Source: an uncultured candidate division Zixibacteria bacterium
GTDB taxonomy: Bacteria > Zixibacteria > MSB-5A5 > GN15 > PGXB01
Reading direction: 5' to 3'
Length of the DNA stretch: 64,000 nt
NCBI GenBank assembly: GCA_963702205.1
Contig: OY969724.1
Span: 2,720,001 to 2,784,000 of the forward strand
The translations under genes were made by a program, and so were the position numbers. Below, piece by piece: positions 1-9,120 of this stretch (positions are counted from its first letter, which is position 1; the number at the start of each line of letters is the position of its first letter). A model generated the notes under the pieces. That model did not search any database. It was not told the origin of the DNA and saw only the letters and a program-made list of their open reading frames with translations.

Positions 1-12
1 TGGCGCCAATAT

Positions 13-155
13 GTTCCGTCAGGTGCTGATCCCGACGAAGTCGGGATTGACACTTGACGGCCTCTTTAGCTTCAATGACTTACAATGCGGTCAGGTCACA
101 CGCCCCGATAAATCGGGACGCAGGACCTGACCGAACAGGCTTTTTCAACAAGCCC
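13..155. repeat. REP-doublet/MITE-like element, left end probably outside the window
   Basis: Two long hairpins (16-60 and 88-133) followed by GGCTTTTTCAACAAGCCC (138-155), which resembles an IS5/IS1182-type end. The hairpins are homologous to the reverse complement of those at 1446-1549. Confidence 0.6.
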
Positions 156-260
156 AAAGTTTGGAGTGGCCACCCAACATAAGGCGGGAGCGTACTGATT
201 TCGCGGCGTTGTGCCTGGCGGGTTCACAGATCCGCCGGGAAATCCCGCGCCTTAATTGCC

Positions 261-289
261 TTGACAAGATTCCGATTTAGGAATATTAT
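261..289 (+). promoter_or_regulatory. sigma70-type promoter of tRNA-His
   Basis: TTGACA (261-266), 17 bp spacer, TATTAT (284-289), just upstream of the tRNA. Confidence 0.75.
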
Positions 290-302
290 AGATGCTCACA
301 AT

Positions 303-376
303 GCTGGGGTAGCTCAGTTGGTTAGAGCACTAGATTGTGGATCTAGTGGTCGAGAGTTCGAGTCTCTCCCCCAGTA
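303..376 (+). tRNA. tRNA-His(GTG); no encoded G-1, G1:U72 pair, A73 discriminator, no CCA
   Basis: Cloverleaf: acceptor GCTGGGG/CCCCAGT, D arm GCTC/GAGC, anticodon arm CTAGA-TTGTGGA-TCTAG (GTG at 337-339), T arm GAGAG-TTCGAGT-CTCTC. Confidence 0.95.
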
Positions 377-393
377 TTTATTCGTTTATGGGA

Positions 394-1254
394 TCAGCGT
401 CCTGATGAAAAGACGATTGTTTTTTTGCCGGTTATGATCACTCTGTGTTCCAGATGCGCCTTCACGGCCCGGGCCAGCACGAATCTCTCAATATCGCGGC
501 CGATCCGTTGAAGATTCGCGGGAGAATCTTCATGCGTGACCTGCTTGACATCCTGCTCGATAATCGGACCGTCGTCAAGTTCTGAAGTCACATAATGCGC
601 GGTCGCGCCGATCATCTTCACACCCCTCTCAAACGCCCGTTGATAAGGCTTCGGCCCTTGAAAGGCCGGGAGAAAAGCGTGATGGATATTTATGATCCTC
701 CCCCGATATTCGCCGACAAACGACGGCGTCAAAATCTGCATGTATCGAGCCAAAACTATAAGCCCGATGTCATGCTCCTTCAACAGCGCCTTTATACGCA
801 TTTCCTGTTCTTCATTTTGTCCCGGACTTACGGGAAGATAGTGGAACGGGATTCCAAACTGTTTGGCCACGGATTCAAGTTTCGCGTGATTCCCGATAAT
901 GATTGGAATTTCACAATGGAGCTCTTTTTCTTTCTGACGAACCAGCAGATCATACAAACAATGTGACGCTTTACTGACCAGGATTGCGACCCGCTCGGTG
1001 TTTGCGGAATAGTGGATGGACCAGGTGAAGTTCAGAGAACCCGCAAGTGATTGAAAATCCGATTCAAGAGATTTCGGAGCATAAGAAGAAGAATCGAGAT
1101 CGAGCTTTAAGCGCATGAAAAAGTCATCGGACTCGATATCTACGTGCTGACGGCAATCGAGAATGTTGAATTCGCGTTCGAAGGCGAATGAACTGACTTT
1201 GGCCACCAGCCCCTTTTGATCCCGGCATTTGATGAGAATAACCACTGCTCGCAT
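394..1254 (-). CDS. purU: formyltetrahydrofolate deformylase
   Basis: N-terminal ACT domain (CRDQKGLVAKVS); VLARYMQIL, INIHHAFLPAFQG, GATAHYVT and DDGPIIEQD motifs. Confidence 0.95.
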   Translation of the reverse strand: MRAVVILIKCRDQKGLVAKVSSFAFEREFNILDCRQHVDIESDDFFMRLKLDLDSSSYAPKSLESDFQSLAGSLNFTWSIHYSANTERVAILVSKASHCLYDLLVRQKEKELHCEIPIIIGNHAKLESVAKQFGIPFHYLPVSPGQNEEQEMRIKALLKEHDIGLIVLARYMQILTPSFVGEYRGRIINIHHAFLPAFQGPKPYQRAFERGVKMIGATAHYVTSELDDGPIIEQDVKQVTHEDSPANLQRIGRDIERFVLARAVKAHLEHRVIITGKKTIVFSSGR

Positions 1255-1414
1255 TCTTCAATATACATTTTTATTAATTTCAAAGTCAATGTACAGAATC
1301 GAGCCTATAGCCTGGCCTAGATTCTAAACATTTTCTTCAATTCTAGCAGCTTACCCAACGAGTTTTGTATCTCACCCAACGGGTGAGTGAGTTTATGTGC
1401 GCGGCAGATGTCCA

Positions 1415-1567
1415 GAGGCTGTCTCAAAAGTACTCTTTTTAAGTTCCGCGGGGTCTTGTCCCGACGAAGTCGGGATGTGACCCTGCGGTCTTTCAACGGT
1501 TTCCGTCGGGTGACAATTTCGACTACGTCGAAATCAACACCCGACGGAACACTTTTGGGACAGCCTC
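1415..1567. mobile_element. MITE with 17-bp TIRs and 4-bp TSD (IS1182/IS5-like ends)
   Basis: GAGGCTGTCTCAAAAGT (1415-1431) and ACTTTTGGGACAGCCTC (1551-1567), one mismatch. TCCA is duplicated at 1411-1414 and 1568-1571. Internal hairpins at 1446-1488 and 1501-1549. Confidence 0.85.
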
Positions 1568-1619
1568 TCCACATCTGCCCATCTGCCATGGGTGGCCCCT
1601 CCAAATTTATTTATGGCTC

Positions 1620-1686
1620 TGTCGGGAACCCCTTCCAGACAATCTTTTATTTATTCCCAAAAGCGTCAGGAAAGGGTTCCTGACGC
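1620..1686. repeat. inverted pair of REP-like palindromes
   Basis: TGTCGGGAA-CCCC-TTCCAGACA (1620-1641) and the perfect palindrome GCGTCAGGAA-AGGG-TTCCTGACGC (1663-1686). Confidence 0.6.
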
Positions 1687-1875
1687 CGCTGAACGCCTTT
1701 GCATTAAAATGTTGAGTTCCATCGATATTTTAAATTTTGCAAATTAAAAATTTTGTCAACTATCAACCATAATTAAGAAGACTCACCTCCTGTTTTTACT
1801 CATATCCTCCCCCCCAAAAAACTCTTCCCTTATCCATTAAAACTTATATCTTGACCGTCAAATTGAGAAATTGAT

Positions 1876-3315
1876 ATGGCCGAAAATAAAAAAGACAAAA
1901 GAGTCAAGCCGCAGGTTCTGAAAGGCTTTCGGGACTATTCTCCCGGTGAGGAGCTCGCCCGGCGGACGCTTATAGCCAAAGCCGTCGAGGTGGTCGAACG
2001 CTACGGGTTTCTCCCGATACAAACGCCGTCGCTTGAAGCCGCCGAAATCCTCCTCGGCGCCGACTATACCGACGACAACCTCAAGGAGCTGTTCGGGTTT
2101 GTCGGCCCTGAAAAAACCGATATGGCCCTGCGCTACGAATTCACCCTGTCGCTGGCGCGGTATGTCGCCGGCAATCCGCTTCTGCCCCTGCCCTTCCGTC
2201 GCTACCAGTACGGCAACGTCTGGCGCGTGGACAAACCCGGCCCCGGACGCTTCCGCGAGTTCACCCAGTTCGACCTCGATATAGTCGGCTCCTCGTCCAC
2301 GCTGGCCGACGCCGAAGTCATGGCGACCATGATCACGATTCTCGATACGCTGGGGATAAAAAACTTCACCGTGCACTATTCCAACCGCAAACTGATCAAC
2401 GGCCTGACCTCGTATGCTGACATCCCGGCCGATAAAGCAACCGACGTCTTCCGGGTTATCGACAAACTCCCCAAACAGGGCAAAGAGGCGGTGCTTCTGG
2501 AACTCGGACCGGGCCGCACCGATGTCTCCGGCGACAAAATCCCCGGCCTGTACTTAAGCGACAAACAGATCAAAACGCTTGAGGACTTTTTAAATATCGC
2601 CGAACAGACCGACCGCGATCAGTTGGATAGTGCCGAAGAACTTCTCGGTGACATTGCCATTTCAAAAGAAGGCATCGACGAACTTAGACAGATCAAATCG
2701 TACCTCAATAGACTCGGCATCGCAGAGGGAAAATCGCGCATAGATATAACCATCGTCCGCGGCCTCGGCTATTACACCGGGCCGGTCTTTGAGACAATTC
2801 TAAACGACCTGCCCGAATTCGGCTCGGTCTTCTCCGGCGGCCGCTATGATAACATGGTCGGGCGCTTCTCCGGCAAGAACATCCCGGCGACTGGCACTTC
2901 GTTCGGTGTCGACCGCATGCTCTCGGCGTTGATAGAGCTTAAAGCCATAAAGATGACGACGGCCACGTCGAAAGTGCTCGTCACGACTATGGACAAAAAC
3001 CGGCTCGATGAGTACATAATCATGCTTCGCGAAATCCGCGACGCTGGAATCAATGCCGAACTGTTCCTGGGCGAGACAAAAAATATCAACAAGCAACTGA
3101 AATATGCCGACCGCGTTGGCATACCAATAGCAGTCATTGCCGGGTCCGATGAATTCGAAAACGGCACCGTCACCGTCAAAGACCTCCGGGCCGGGCAGGA
3201 AAAATCCAAAGACATCGAAGACCGCGAGGAATGGCTGGCCGCCGAAGACATACAGGTCACTATCGAACGCGGTCGCATGATAGCTCACATCAAAAAGTTG
3301 CTCGATAAAAAATAA
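1876..3315 (+). CDS. hisS: histidine--tRNA ligase
   Basis: KGFRD, LRYEFT, motif 2 WRVDKPGPGRFREFTQFDLD, VRGLGYYTG, GGRYD, GTSFGVDR; C-terminal anticodon-binding domain (KQLKYADR). Confidence 0.97.
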   Translation: MAENKKDKRVKPQVLKGFRDYSPGEELARRTLIAKAVEVVERYGFLPIQTPSLEAAEILLGADYTDDNLKELFGFVGPEKTDMALRYEFTLSLARYVAGNPLLPLPFRRYQYGNVWRVDKPGPGRFREFTQFDLDIVGSSSTLADAEVMATMITILDTLGIKNFTVHYSNRKLINGLTSYADIPADKATDVFRVIDKLPKQGKEAVLLELGPGRTDVSGDKIPGLYLSDKQIKTLEDFLNIAEQTDRDQLDSAEELLGDIAISKEGIDELRQIKSYLNRLGIAEGKSRIDITIVRGLGYYTGPVFETILNDLPEFGSVFSGGRYDNMVGRFSGKNIPATGTSFGVDRMLSALIELKAIKMTTATSKVLVTTMDKNRLDEYIIMLREIRDAGINAELFLGETKNINKQLKYADRVGIPIAVIAGSDEFENGTVTVKDLRAGQEKSKDIEDREEWLAAEDIQVTIERGRMIAHIKKLLDKK

Positions 3316-3335
3316 ATCGTAAAAAGGACAAAGAT

Positions 3336-4826
3336 ATGAAACGGTTTGCCTGCTCCGCAATTATGGTCGCAGCGGTGGCGTCTATATTGTTGGTTTCATA
3401 CGCCTCGGCCGCGACGATCGAGGATTTCCTGATCAAGGATTCCACCCGAACCTGGCTTTTTTCAAAGGACAGCATCGATTTCGGGACACTCAAGTCAACG
3501 TATAGAGGCCCGGCGGAATACCAGGGCCTTAAGTCATTTCATATCGAAGAAACCCTCGACCTTGATTTCACAAAAATCAAGGCTCCCGCCAAAGTTAATC
3601 TGCATAACAATCACTATGTCGATTTGCAGAACGCCTATGTCGGCGATTCCATGAGTATTCTCGCCAACGGTGAAACCCAGGGGCTGGAGCTGGTGCACCG
3701 GGGTGACTCTCTCTACGGTTCTGCTCAAAATGTCGCCCACAATAATGTCGATATGCCTCTTCGCGCCACCATGATGACTCTTGATAACAACATGGTCGAC
3801 CAGATGGAACTGATATTCTGGCAGAACGATCTGAAAATCGGCGACACCCTGACCGATACGTTTTTCGTCGCCCAGTTTCTCACCGGGGCGGAGTTCGAGT
3901 TTATCGTGGATTCGATGCGAACCGAAGAAGTCAATGGCGTCGCTGATACCGTTTTGTCGATGAGAATGCTGACTCCTATGCAACAGGCTATCAGCTTCGG
4001 GAGAAAAACCGGCCTGATCAAAATCAAAGCGCCGGTTCAGGGATTTGCAATTACTCGGATTGACAATGAATCCGGTAAATCGTTCAGCATAAGCAGCGGA
4101 ACTTCCGGAGGATTTTTCACTGCCTTACCGTTGTACCTGTTTTATATTCTGGTCGGGCTGGTATTCGGCATTTGCGTCATAAAGAACTACTATAACCGTC
4201 TGGAAACATATATCGTGCTCATCCTCGGAGCGGCCGGGTTTTCGATCTTGCGATATACACAGATACCGCTTCAAACATGGTACGCAACCACCTACATCGT
4301 GCCCGGACTAAAAGCCGGTGGATCGCTCTTTTTCTACTCCGGAGTGCAGGCCCTGTTTTCGGGTTTGATTCAGGAGACACTTAAGTTGATACCGCTGATA
4401 CTCATATTGACAACCCGCCCGCCGTCAAAAAAATCGCTGGTCATTCTGGGCATGTTCACCGGTATGGGTTTCGGGATCATGGAAGCCTGCTCCATAACCG
4501 GTTTCGCCTATCAGTCCGGCCTGATGTCTTTCATCTCGTGGGCGACCTTCGAGCGTATTTTCGCCATACTGTTTCACACGTCGACCGGCGCGGCCCTCGG
4601 GTATGCCCTCGCCGCCGGATGGAAAAAGGTCCCCGCGATCTGGCTCTTGATGGTGCTGATTCATTCCTTCAGCAACCTTTTGATCGTCTTTTACCAGAAA
4701 GAGATGGTCGCGCTGGCGCCGCTGGAGTTGATCGTGGCCGGAATCGACGTGGTCCTGGCGCTTTTGGTATGGCTGGCTGTGAGAGGCGCAACGCGCACCG
4801 ATGGGGCGACACCGCAGCCAAATTAA
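3336..4826 (+). CDS. secreted N-terminal domain fused to a PrsW/YhfC-type glutamic intramembrane protease domain
   Basis: Signal peptide, ~240 aa soluble domain, then ~7 TM helices with QETLK, GFGIMEA, FHTS and IHSFSN motifs. Confidence 0.65.
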   Translation: MKRFACSAIMVAAVASILLVSYASAATIEDFLIKDSTRTWLFSKDSIDFGTLKSTYRGPAEYQGLKSFHIEETLDLDFTKIKAPAKVNLHNNHYVDLQNAYVGDSMSILANGETQGLELVHRGDSLYGSAQNVAHNNVDMPLRATMMTLDNNMVDQMELIFWQNDLKIGDTLTDTFFVAQFLTGAEFEFIVDSMRTEEVNGVADTVLSMRMLTPMQQAISFGRKTGLIKIKAPVQGFAITRIDNESGKSFSISSGTSGGFFTALPLYLFYILVGLVFGICVIKNYYNRLETYIVLILGAAGFSILRYTQIPLQTWYATTYIVPGLKAGGSLFFYSGVQALFSGLIQETLKLIPLILILTTRPPSKKSLVILGMFTGMGFGIMEACSITGFAYQSGLMSFISWATFERIFAILFHTSTGAALGYALAAGWKKVPAIWLLMVLIHSFSNLLIVFYQKEMVALAPLELIVAGIDVVLALLVWLAVRGATRTDGATPQPN

Positions 4827-4827
4827 A

Positions 4828-4856
4828 TTGACATTGTTTTCGACGTTTGCTATTTT
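4828..4856 (+). promoter_or_regulatory. sigma70-type promoter
   Basis: TTGACA (4828-4833), 17 bp, TATTTT (4851-4856) preceded by TGn. Confidence 0.55.
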
Positions 4857-4901
4857 GGGCCCGGTAGAGAATACCCCCTGTTTTGCTGGAGGAAATTATA
4901 A

Positions 4902-6134
4902 ATGCCTAAATTGTCCGAGCGTGGCCTGGGGATGCCGTCGTCGCCGATGCGCAAGCTGGCGCCGTACGCCGAAGCCGCCAGGAAGAAGGGCCGCAAAATA
5001 TATCATCTCAATATCGGTCAGCCCGATATAGAAACCCCCGAAGTAGCCCGCAATAAAATTAAAAGCTGTGATTTGTCCGTTATCGAATATTCTCATTCGG
5101 CCGGTATTGAATCGTACCGCCGCCGTCTGGCCGAATACTACAAGCGTTATGGAATCGACGTCGAATACACCGACATTCTCGTAACGACCGGGGGATCGGA
5201 AGCGATCGTGTTTGCTTTTATGTCCGCTCTCAACGAGGGTGATGAAGTTATCATACCAGAACCTTTTTATGCTAACTACAACGGCTTCGCCGTCATGGCC
5301 GGTGTCAAAATCAAACCGATTACGTCGACCATCGAAAACAACTTTGCCCTTCCCGAAATTTCCGAATTCGAAAAAAAAATCACGAACAAGACAAAAGGCA
5401 TTCTGATCTGCAACCCCAACAACCCGACCGGTTACCTCTACTCCCGCCGCGAGCTCGAAACCCTGCGCGACATCATCAGGAAACACGATCTGTTCCTGTT
5501 TGCCGATGAAGTCTATAAAGAATTTTGTTACGACGGTCTCGAATTCGTCTCGACCATGCACCTGAAAGGTATCGAAGACAACGTCATCATGCTGGATTCA
5601 ATTTCCAAACGGTACAGCTCGTGCGGCATGCGGATCGGTTCGCTGGTTTCGCGCAACAAAGACGTAATTGCGACCGCGCTCAAATTCGGTCAGGCGCGGC
5701 TCAGCCCGCCGACCTACGGCCAGATTGCCGGTGAAGCGGCGGTCGACACGCCGGATTCATATTTCAAAAAAGTGCTCGATGAGTACGTCAAACGACGCGA
5801 TATCGTGGTTGATTCTTTGCAAAAAATCGAAGGGGTCGTCTGCCCCAAACCGACCGGGGCGTTTTATGCCGCGGCCAGGCTGCCTATCGACGATGCCGAC
5901 CGGTTTTGCCGATGGCTGCTCGAAGATTTCGAATACGATAATCAGACGGTTATGCTGGCTCCGATGGCCGGCTTTTATGCCACGCCGGGGCTGGGCAAGG
6001 ATGAAGTGCGTATCGGCTATGTCCTGAATGTTGAAGCATTGAAAAAGGCCATGAAATGTCTGGATGAAGCTCTTAAAGTATATCCCGGACGGACCGATCT
6101 TGCCGCCGCCCGGTCGGCTTCAAACAGCGGTTAA
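4902..6134 (+). CDS. class I PLP-dependent aminotransferase (aspartate aminotransferase-like)
   Basis: LNIGQPD, NPNNPTG, DEVY, SISKRYSSCGMRIG; RBS GGAGG. Confidence 0.9.
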   Translation: MPKLSERGLGMPSSPMRKLAPYAEAARKKGRKIYHLNIGQPDIETPEVARNKIKSCDLSVIEYSHSAGIESYRRRLAEYYKRYGIDVEYTDILVTTGGSEAIVFAFMSALNEGDEVIIPEPFYANYNGFAVMAGVKIKPITSTIENNFALPEISEFEKKITNKTKGILICNPNNPTGYLYSRRELETLRDIIRKHDLFLFADEVYKEFCYDGLEFVSTMHLKGIEDNVIMLDSISKRYSSCGMRIGSLVSRNKDVIATALKFGQARLSPPTYGQIAGEAAVDTPDSYFKKVLDEYVKRRDIVVDSLQKIEGVVCPKPTGAFYAAARLPIDDADRFCRWLLEDFEYDNQTVMLAPMAGFYATPGLGKDEVRIGYVLNVEALKKAMKCLDEALKVYPGRTDLAAARSASNSG

Positions 6135-6160
6135 AAATCGAAATAAAAAGATCTTAAACT

Positions 6161-7147
6161 ATGAGCGATGTCAATCATTATGCCGGTATAGATATCGGCG
6201 CTTCTAATATCAAGTATGGTATAATCAGTTCCAAAGGCGAAGTTCTCTTTCGCGAACAAAAACCGGCTCTCGTCGAAAAAGGCCCGATGCCCCTTATGCA
6301 CCTGGTCACCAATATCGCCGAAAACCTGCTGCTGCGCGCCGCCGAGGATGAACTGAATGTCCACTGGCTCGGGGTCGGCTCGCCCGGTGCAATTGATAAT
6401 GTTACGGGCACCGTCAAAGGTCGCTGCCCCAATATCCCCGACTGGGTCGGGATGGAAATCGCCGCGCACCTTAAAGAACATCTAAACATGCCGGTCTACG
6501 TGGACAACGACGCCAACGTCGTGGCCCTCGGAGAATTCCGATTCGGGGCCGCCAAAAGATTTTCTTCGGCAATATGCATTACTATGGGAACCGGCATCGG
6601 CGGCGGAATTATAATTAACAGGCAGCTTTGGCGGGGAGCCAGCTTCTCCGCCGGAGAAATCGGACATATTATCGTCAACGAAAACGGCCGCCCCTGCAAA
6701 TGCGGGAACAAAGGCTGTCTGGAAGCGTATTGTGCATCACAGCCTATACTCGACCGGGCCAGAGAAAAACTGGCCGTCGGTATGACCGAAACGATGGACG
6801 AAATTTTAGAGGGTAACATCGACAACCTGACCATAAAAAAGCTCTTCGCCGCAGGTAAGAAATCCGATGAAACCGCACTGGCCGTGATCGAAGAAACCGG
6901 CCGCATTATGGGTGCGGCCCTGTCGGGCGTGGTCAACCTGTTCAACCCCGAAGCGCTCGTGTTCGGCGGCGGGATTATCGACGGCGGCGCGGGGCTGGTC
7001 GAAGTGATCGGGGCCGAAATCCGCAGACGGGCCTTCCCCTCGGCGACCGAGAACCTTAGAATCCTCAGGGCCGAACTGGGCAACAATGCCGGGTTTATCG
7101 GCGCGGGACTTTTGGGCGAATATAAAACCGGGAATAATTTCTCATGA
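6161..7147 (+). CDS. ROK family sugar kinase (glucokinase-like)
   Basis: GIDIGA, DNDAN, GTGIGGG, GEIGH, CKCGNKGCLEAY, AGFIGA. Confidence 0.92.
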   Translation: MSDVNHYAGIDIGASNIKYGIISSKGEVLFREQKPALVEKGPMPLMHLVTNIAENLLLRAAEDELNVHWLGVGSPGAIDNVTGTVKGRCPNIPDWVGMEIAAHLKEHLNMPVYVDNDANVVALGEFRFGAAKRFSSAICITMGTGIGGGIIINRQLWRGASFSAGEIGHIIVNENGRPCKCGNKGCLEAYCASQPILDRAREKLAVGMTETMDEILEGNIDNLTIKKLFAAGKKSDETALAVIEETGRIMGAALSGVVNLFNPEALVFGGGIIDGGAGLVEVIGAEIRRRAFPSATENLRILRAELGNNAGFIGAGLLGEYKTGNNFS

Positions 7148-7515
7148 GCGAAAACAAAGAACAAACGCCACTGATTATCAAAATCCTGAGCTGGTACGGC
7201 ATCATTTTCGGATGTCTATATATAGTATATGGTGTTATAAGTATTGCCCTGGGAATACTTGACCGCAATTATACTACCGTCGAGACCGATTTCGTATTGA
7301 TCTTTTACGGTGTTCCGCTGCTTATTATGGCGCTCGGGTTTAAGAGCTATCAGCGCTGGGGATGGATCGGGTATACGGCGCTGCTGATGCTGATCACAAT
7401 CTATGCTTTTGTGTCGCACGTCGATTCGAACGGTATCGTTGTTGGGGTCATCTCGCTTCTGGCGCTGGTCGGTATGATGTATCCGGGTGTCAGAAAACGT
7501 TACTTCCCGACATAA
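7144..7515 (+). CDS. small four-TM membrane protein
   Basis: Four hydrophobic segments; ATGA overlap with the ROK gene. Confidence 0.75.
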   Translation: MSENKEQTPLIIKILSWYGIIFGCLYIVYGVISIALGILDRNYTTVETDFVLIFYGVPLLIMALGFKSYQRWGWIGYTALLMLITIYAFVSHVDSNGIVVGVISLLALVGMMYPGVRKRYFPT

Positions 7516-7572
7516 AAAATCGTTGACTTCAGTCGAAAATTAAATACATTGGCTCAAGTCTTTTGCAATTTT

Positions 7573-7645
<73 letters not shown>

Positions 7646-7659
7646 TTTTTGATTGCCAT

Positions 7660-8214
7660 TTATTCTAACAAATTCTTTAGTATTTCGGGTGGCAGCAATT
7701 CTAGTGCCTTTGACAACTCTATGCAGATTGTTCCCAGCGATGTTTCCATTTGTAATTCATTTTCTTTATTTCGCGGGTTGTCATTTGTAGACAAATACAA
7801 ATCAAGCCATGCCTTTTGGGGGGGCACGTTCAATATTAAGGCTCCGGGCCTGGCTCTCTTCGATATCTGGGATTTATCAAATTTAATTACCCTTCCAACA
7901 ATATGATACCCTTCCATGTTTTCTGCCTTGACAAGGGGCCAATTGGCAATATAGTCTTTGTGTTTCTCGGGATCTTGATATCCTAAGTTCCGAGCTATCT
8001 CCACTTTCATTTCATCATGTTTTGACGGGTTCTTATGCTTATTCGAATATGTTAAATACAATCCTTTTTTACTATTATGTATAGTCACGTGTTCACCATC
8101 GAATAATTCAAAAGCAATAATTAACTGGCTCCCTTTATCTTTAACTTTAATAAACGGGATCTTCTTGCCATCAACGCTTGCGGCTACTCTATAAATATTA
8201 ATTTTCCCTTTCAT
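7660..8214 (-). CDS. hypothetical protein (AT-rich islet)
   Basis: 184-aa ORF with AGGA RBS; no recognised motif. Confidence 0.6.
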   Translation of the reverse strand: MKGKINIYRVAASVDGKKIPFIKVKDKGSQLIIAFELFDGEHVTIHNSKKGLYLTYSNKHKNPSKHDEMKVEIARNLGYQDPEKHKDYIANWPLVKAENMEGYHIVGRVIKFDKSQISKRARPGALILNVPPQKAWLDLYLSTNDNPRNKENELQMETSLGTICIELSKALELLPPEILKNLLE

Positions 8215-8385
8215 ATTATCCCTATAAATATATCCTTACAGCCATACCCCTATAGGGTTTTTATATAAAATAAACCTTTAAGGAAAATAAGGTTTCAAAT
8301 TTTTTATTTATGGGATTTTGGCTAATCAGCGCCATTAAAGGTCCGCAGTTTTGACAATATACATTCGGATTTATTCGGAATTTAA

Positions 8386-9120
8386 TTATTTGGGGAATAG
8401 TCGCCAAGTGGCTACCACCTTGTAACCGTCTGAACATTCCAACCATTCAAAGCCGTATTCTTCTAATTGGTCTTTGGTGCCCATATATATAGTATGTGCG
8501 AAATTATCATCCATTATTGATGCCTCGTACCTCAGGATTTTACTATCTTTGCCCTTCGCAAATATATGGGCTTCATTACCCATATTATTATTCAAGTATT
8601 CTGCCAATTGGATTCTCTTCTGTGTTTTGTCACTATAAGGACTTATATTAAATAAATCATCAGTACTGCGGTTGGCGTTTTCATTACTTAGGCTCTTTAG
8701 CACTTTATCACTAATATTTTTAAATGTATAATCTACCGTTGATGTTGTTCCTGTAAATGTAATCGTAGCAATTTTATAATCTGACTTAATTACAATATTA
8801 TATTCGCAGCAATAGTCGCTTAAAGTATCATTGCTATTAAAGGGAGCATATTTACTAGAAATTCTATTAATCTGTTCTATAATAGACATTATTTCTGTTT
8901 GGTTATACCAGATATTATTATTAAAGAAAATACTAATCTGATTGTCTGAATCATAATTAAAACAGTATTTATAATATTTGTTTCCGCTCAGAGCATTTTT
9001 CATGGACCATTCGAATTGTGCCCGGTTATCCTTATATACTCTATCTTCACTGCAACAAAATAAAAACGACAATATACAAATGCATAGGAAAAGTACAGAT
9101 GCGAATCTACCCAGTCTCAT
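8386..9120 (-). CDS. hypothetical exported protein or lipoprotein (AT-rich islet)
   Basis: Hydrophobic N-terminus ending in LFCC; GGAG upstream of ATG 9120. Confidence 0.6.
   Translation of the reverse strand: MRLGRFASVLFLCICILSFLFCCSEDRVYKDNRAQFEWSMKNALSGNKYYKYCFNYDSDNQISIFFNNNIWYNQTEIMSIIEQINRISSKYAPFNSNDTLSDYCCEYNIVIKSDYKIATITFTGTTSTVDYTFKNISDKVLKSLSNENANRSTDDLFNISPYSDKTQKRIQLAEYLNNNMGNEAHIFAKGKDSKILRYEASIMDDNFAHTIYMGTKDQLEEYGFEWLECSDGYKVVATWRLFPK

Noticed and set aside
1317..1683. ORFs 1317-1604 and 1387-1683
   Set aside because: They run through the MITE and REP sequences and are likely spurious.
13..1690. Possible CRISPR array or integron attC sites in the hairpin clusters
   Set aside because: No regularly spaced direct repeats, no cas or integron integrase gene, no cassette arrangement; REP/MITE explains them better.
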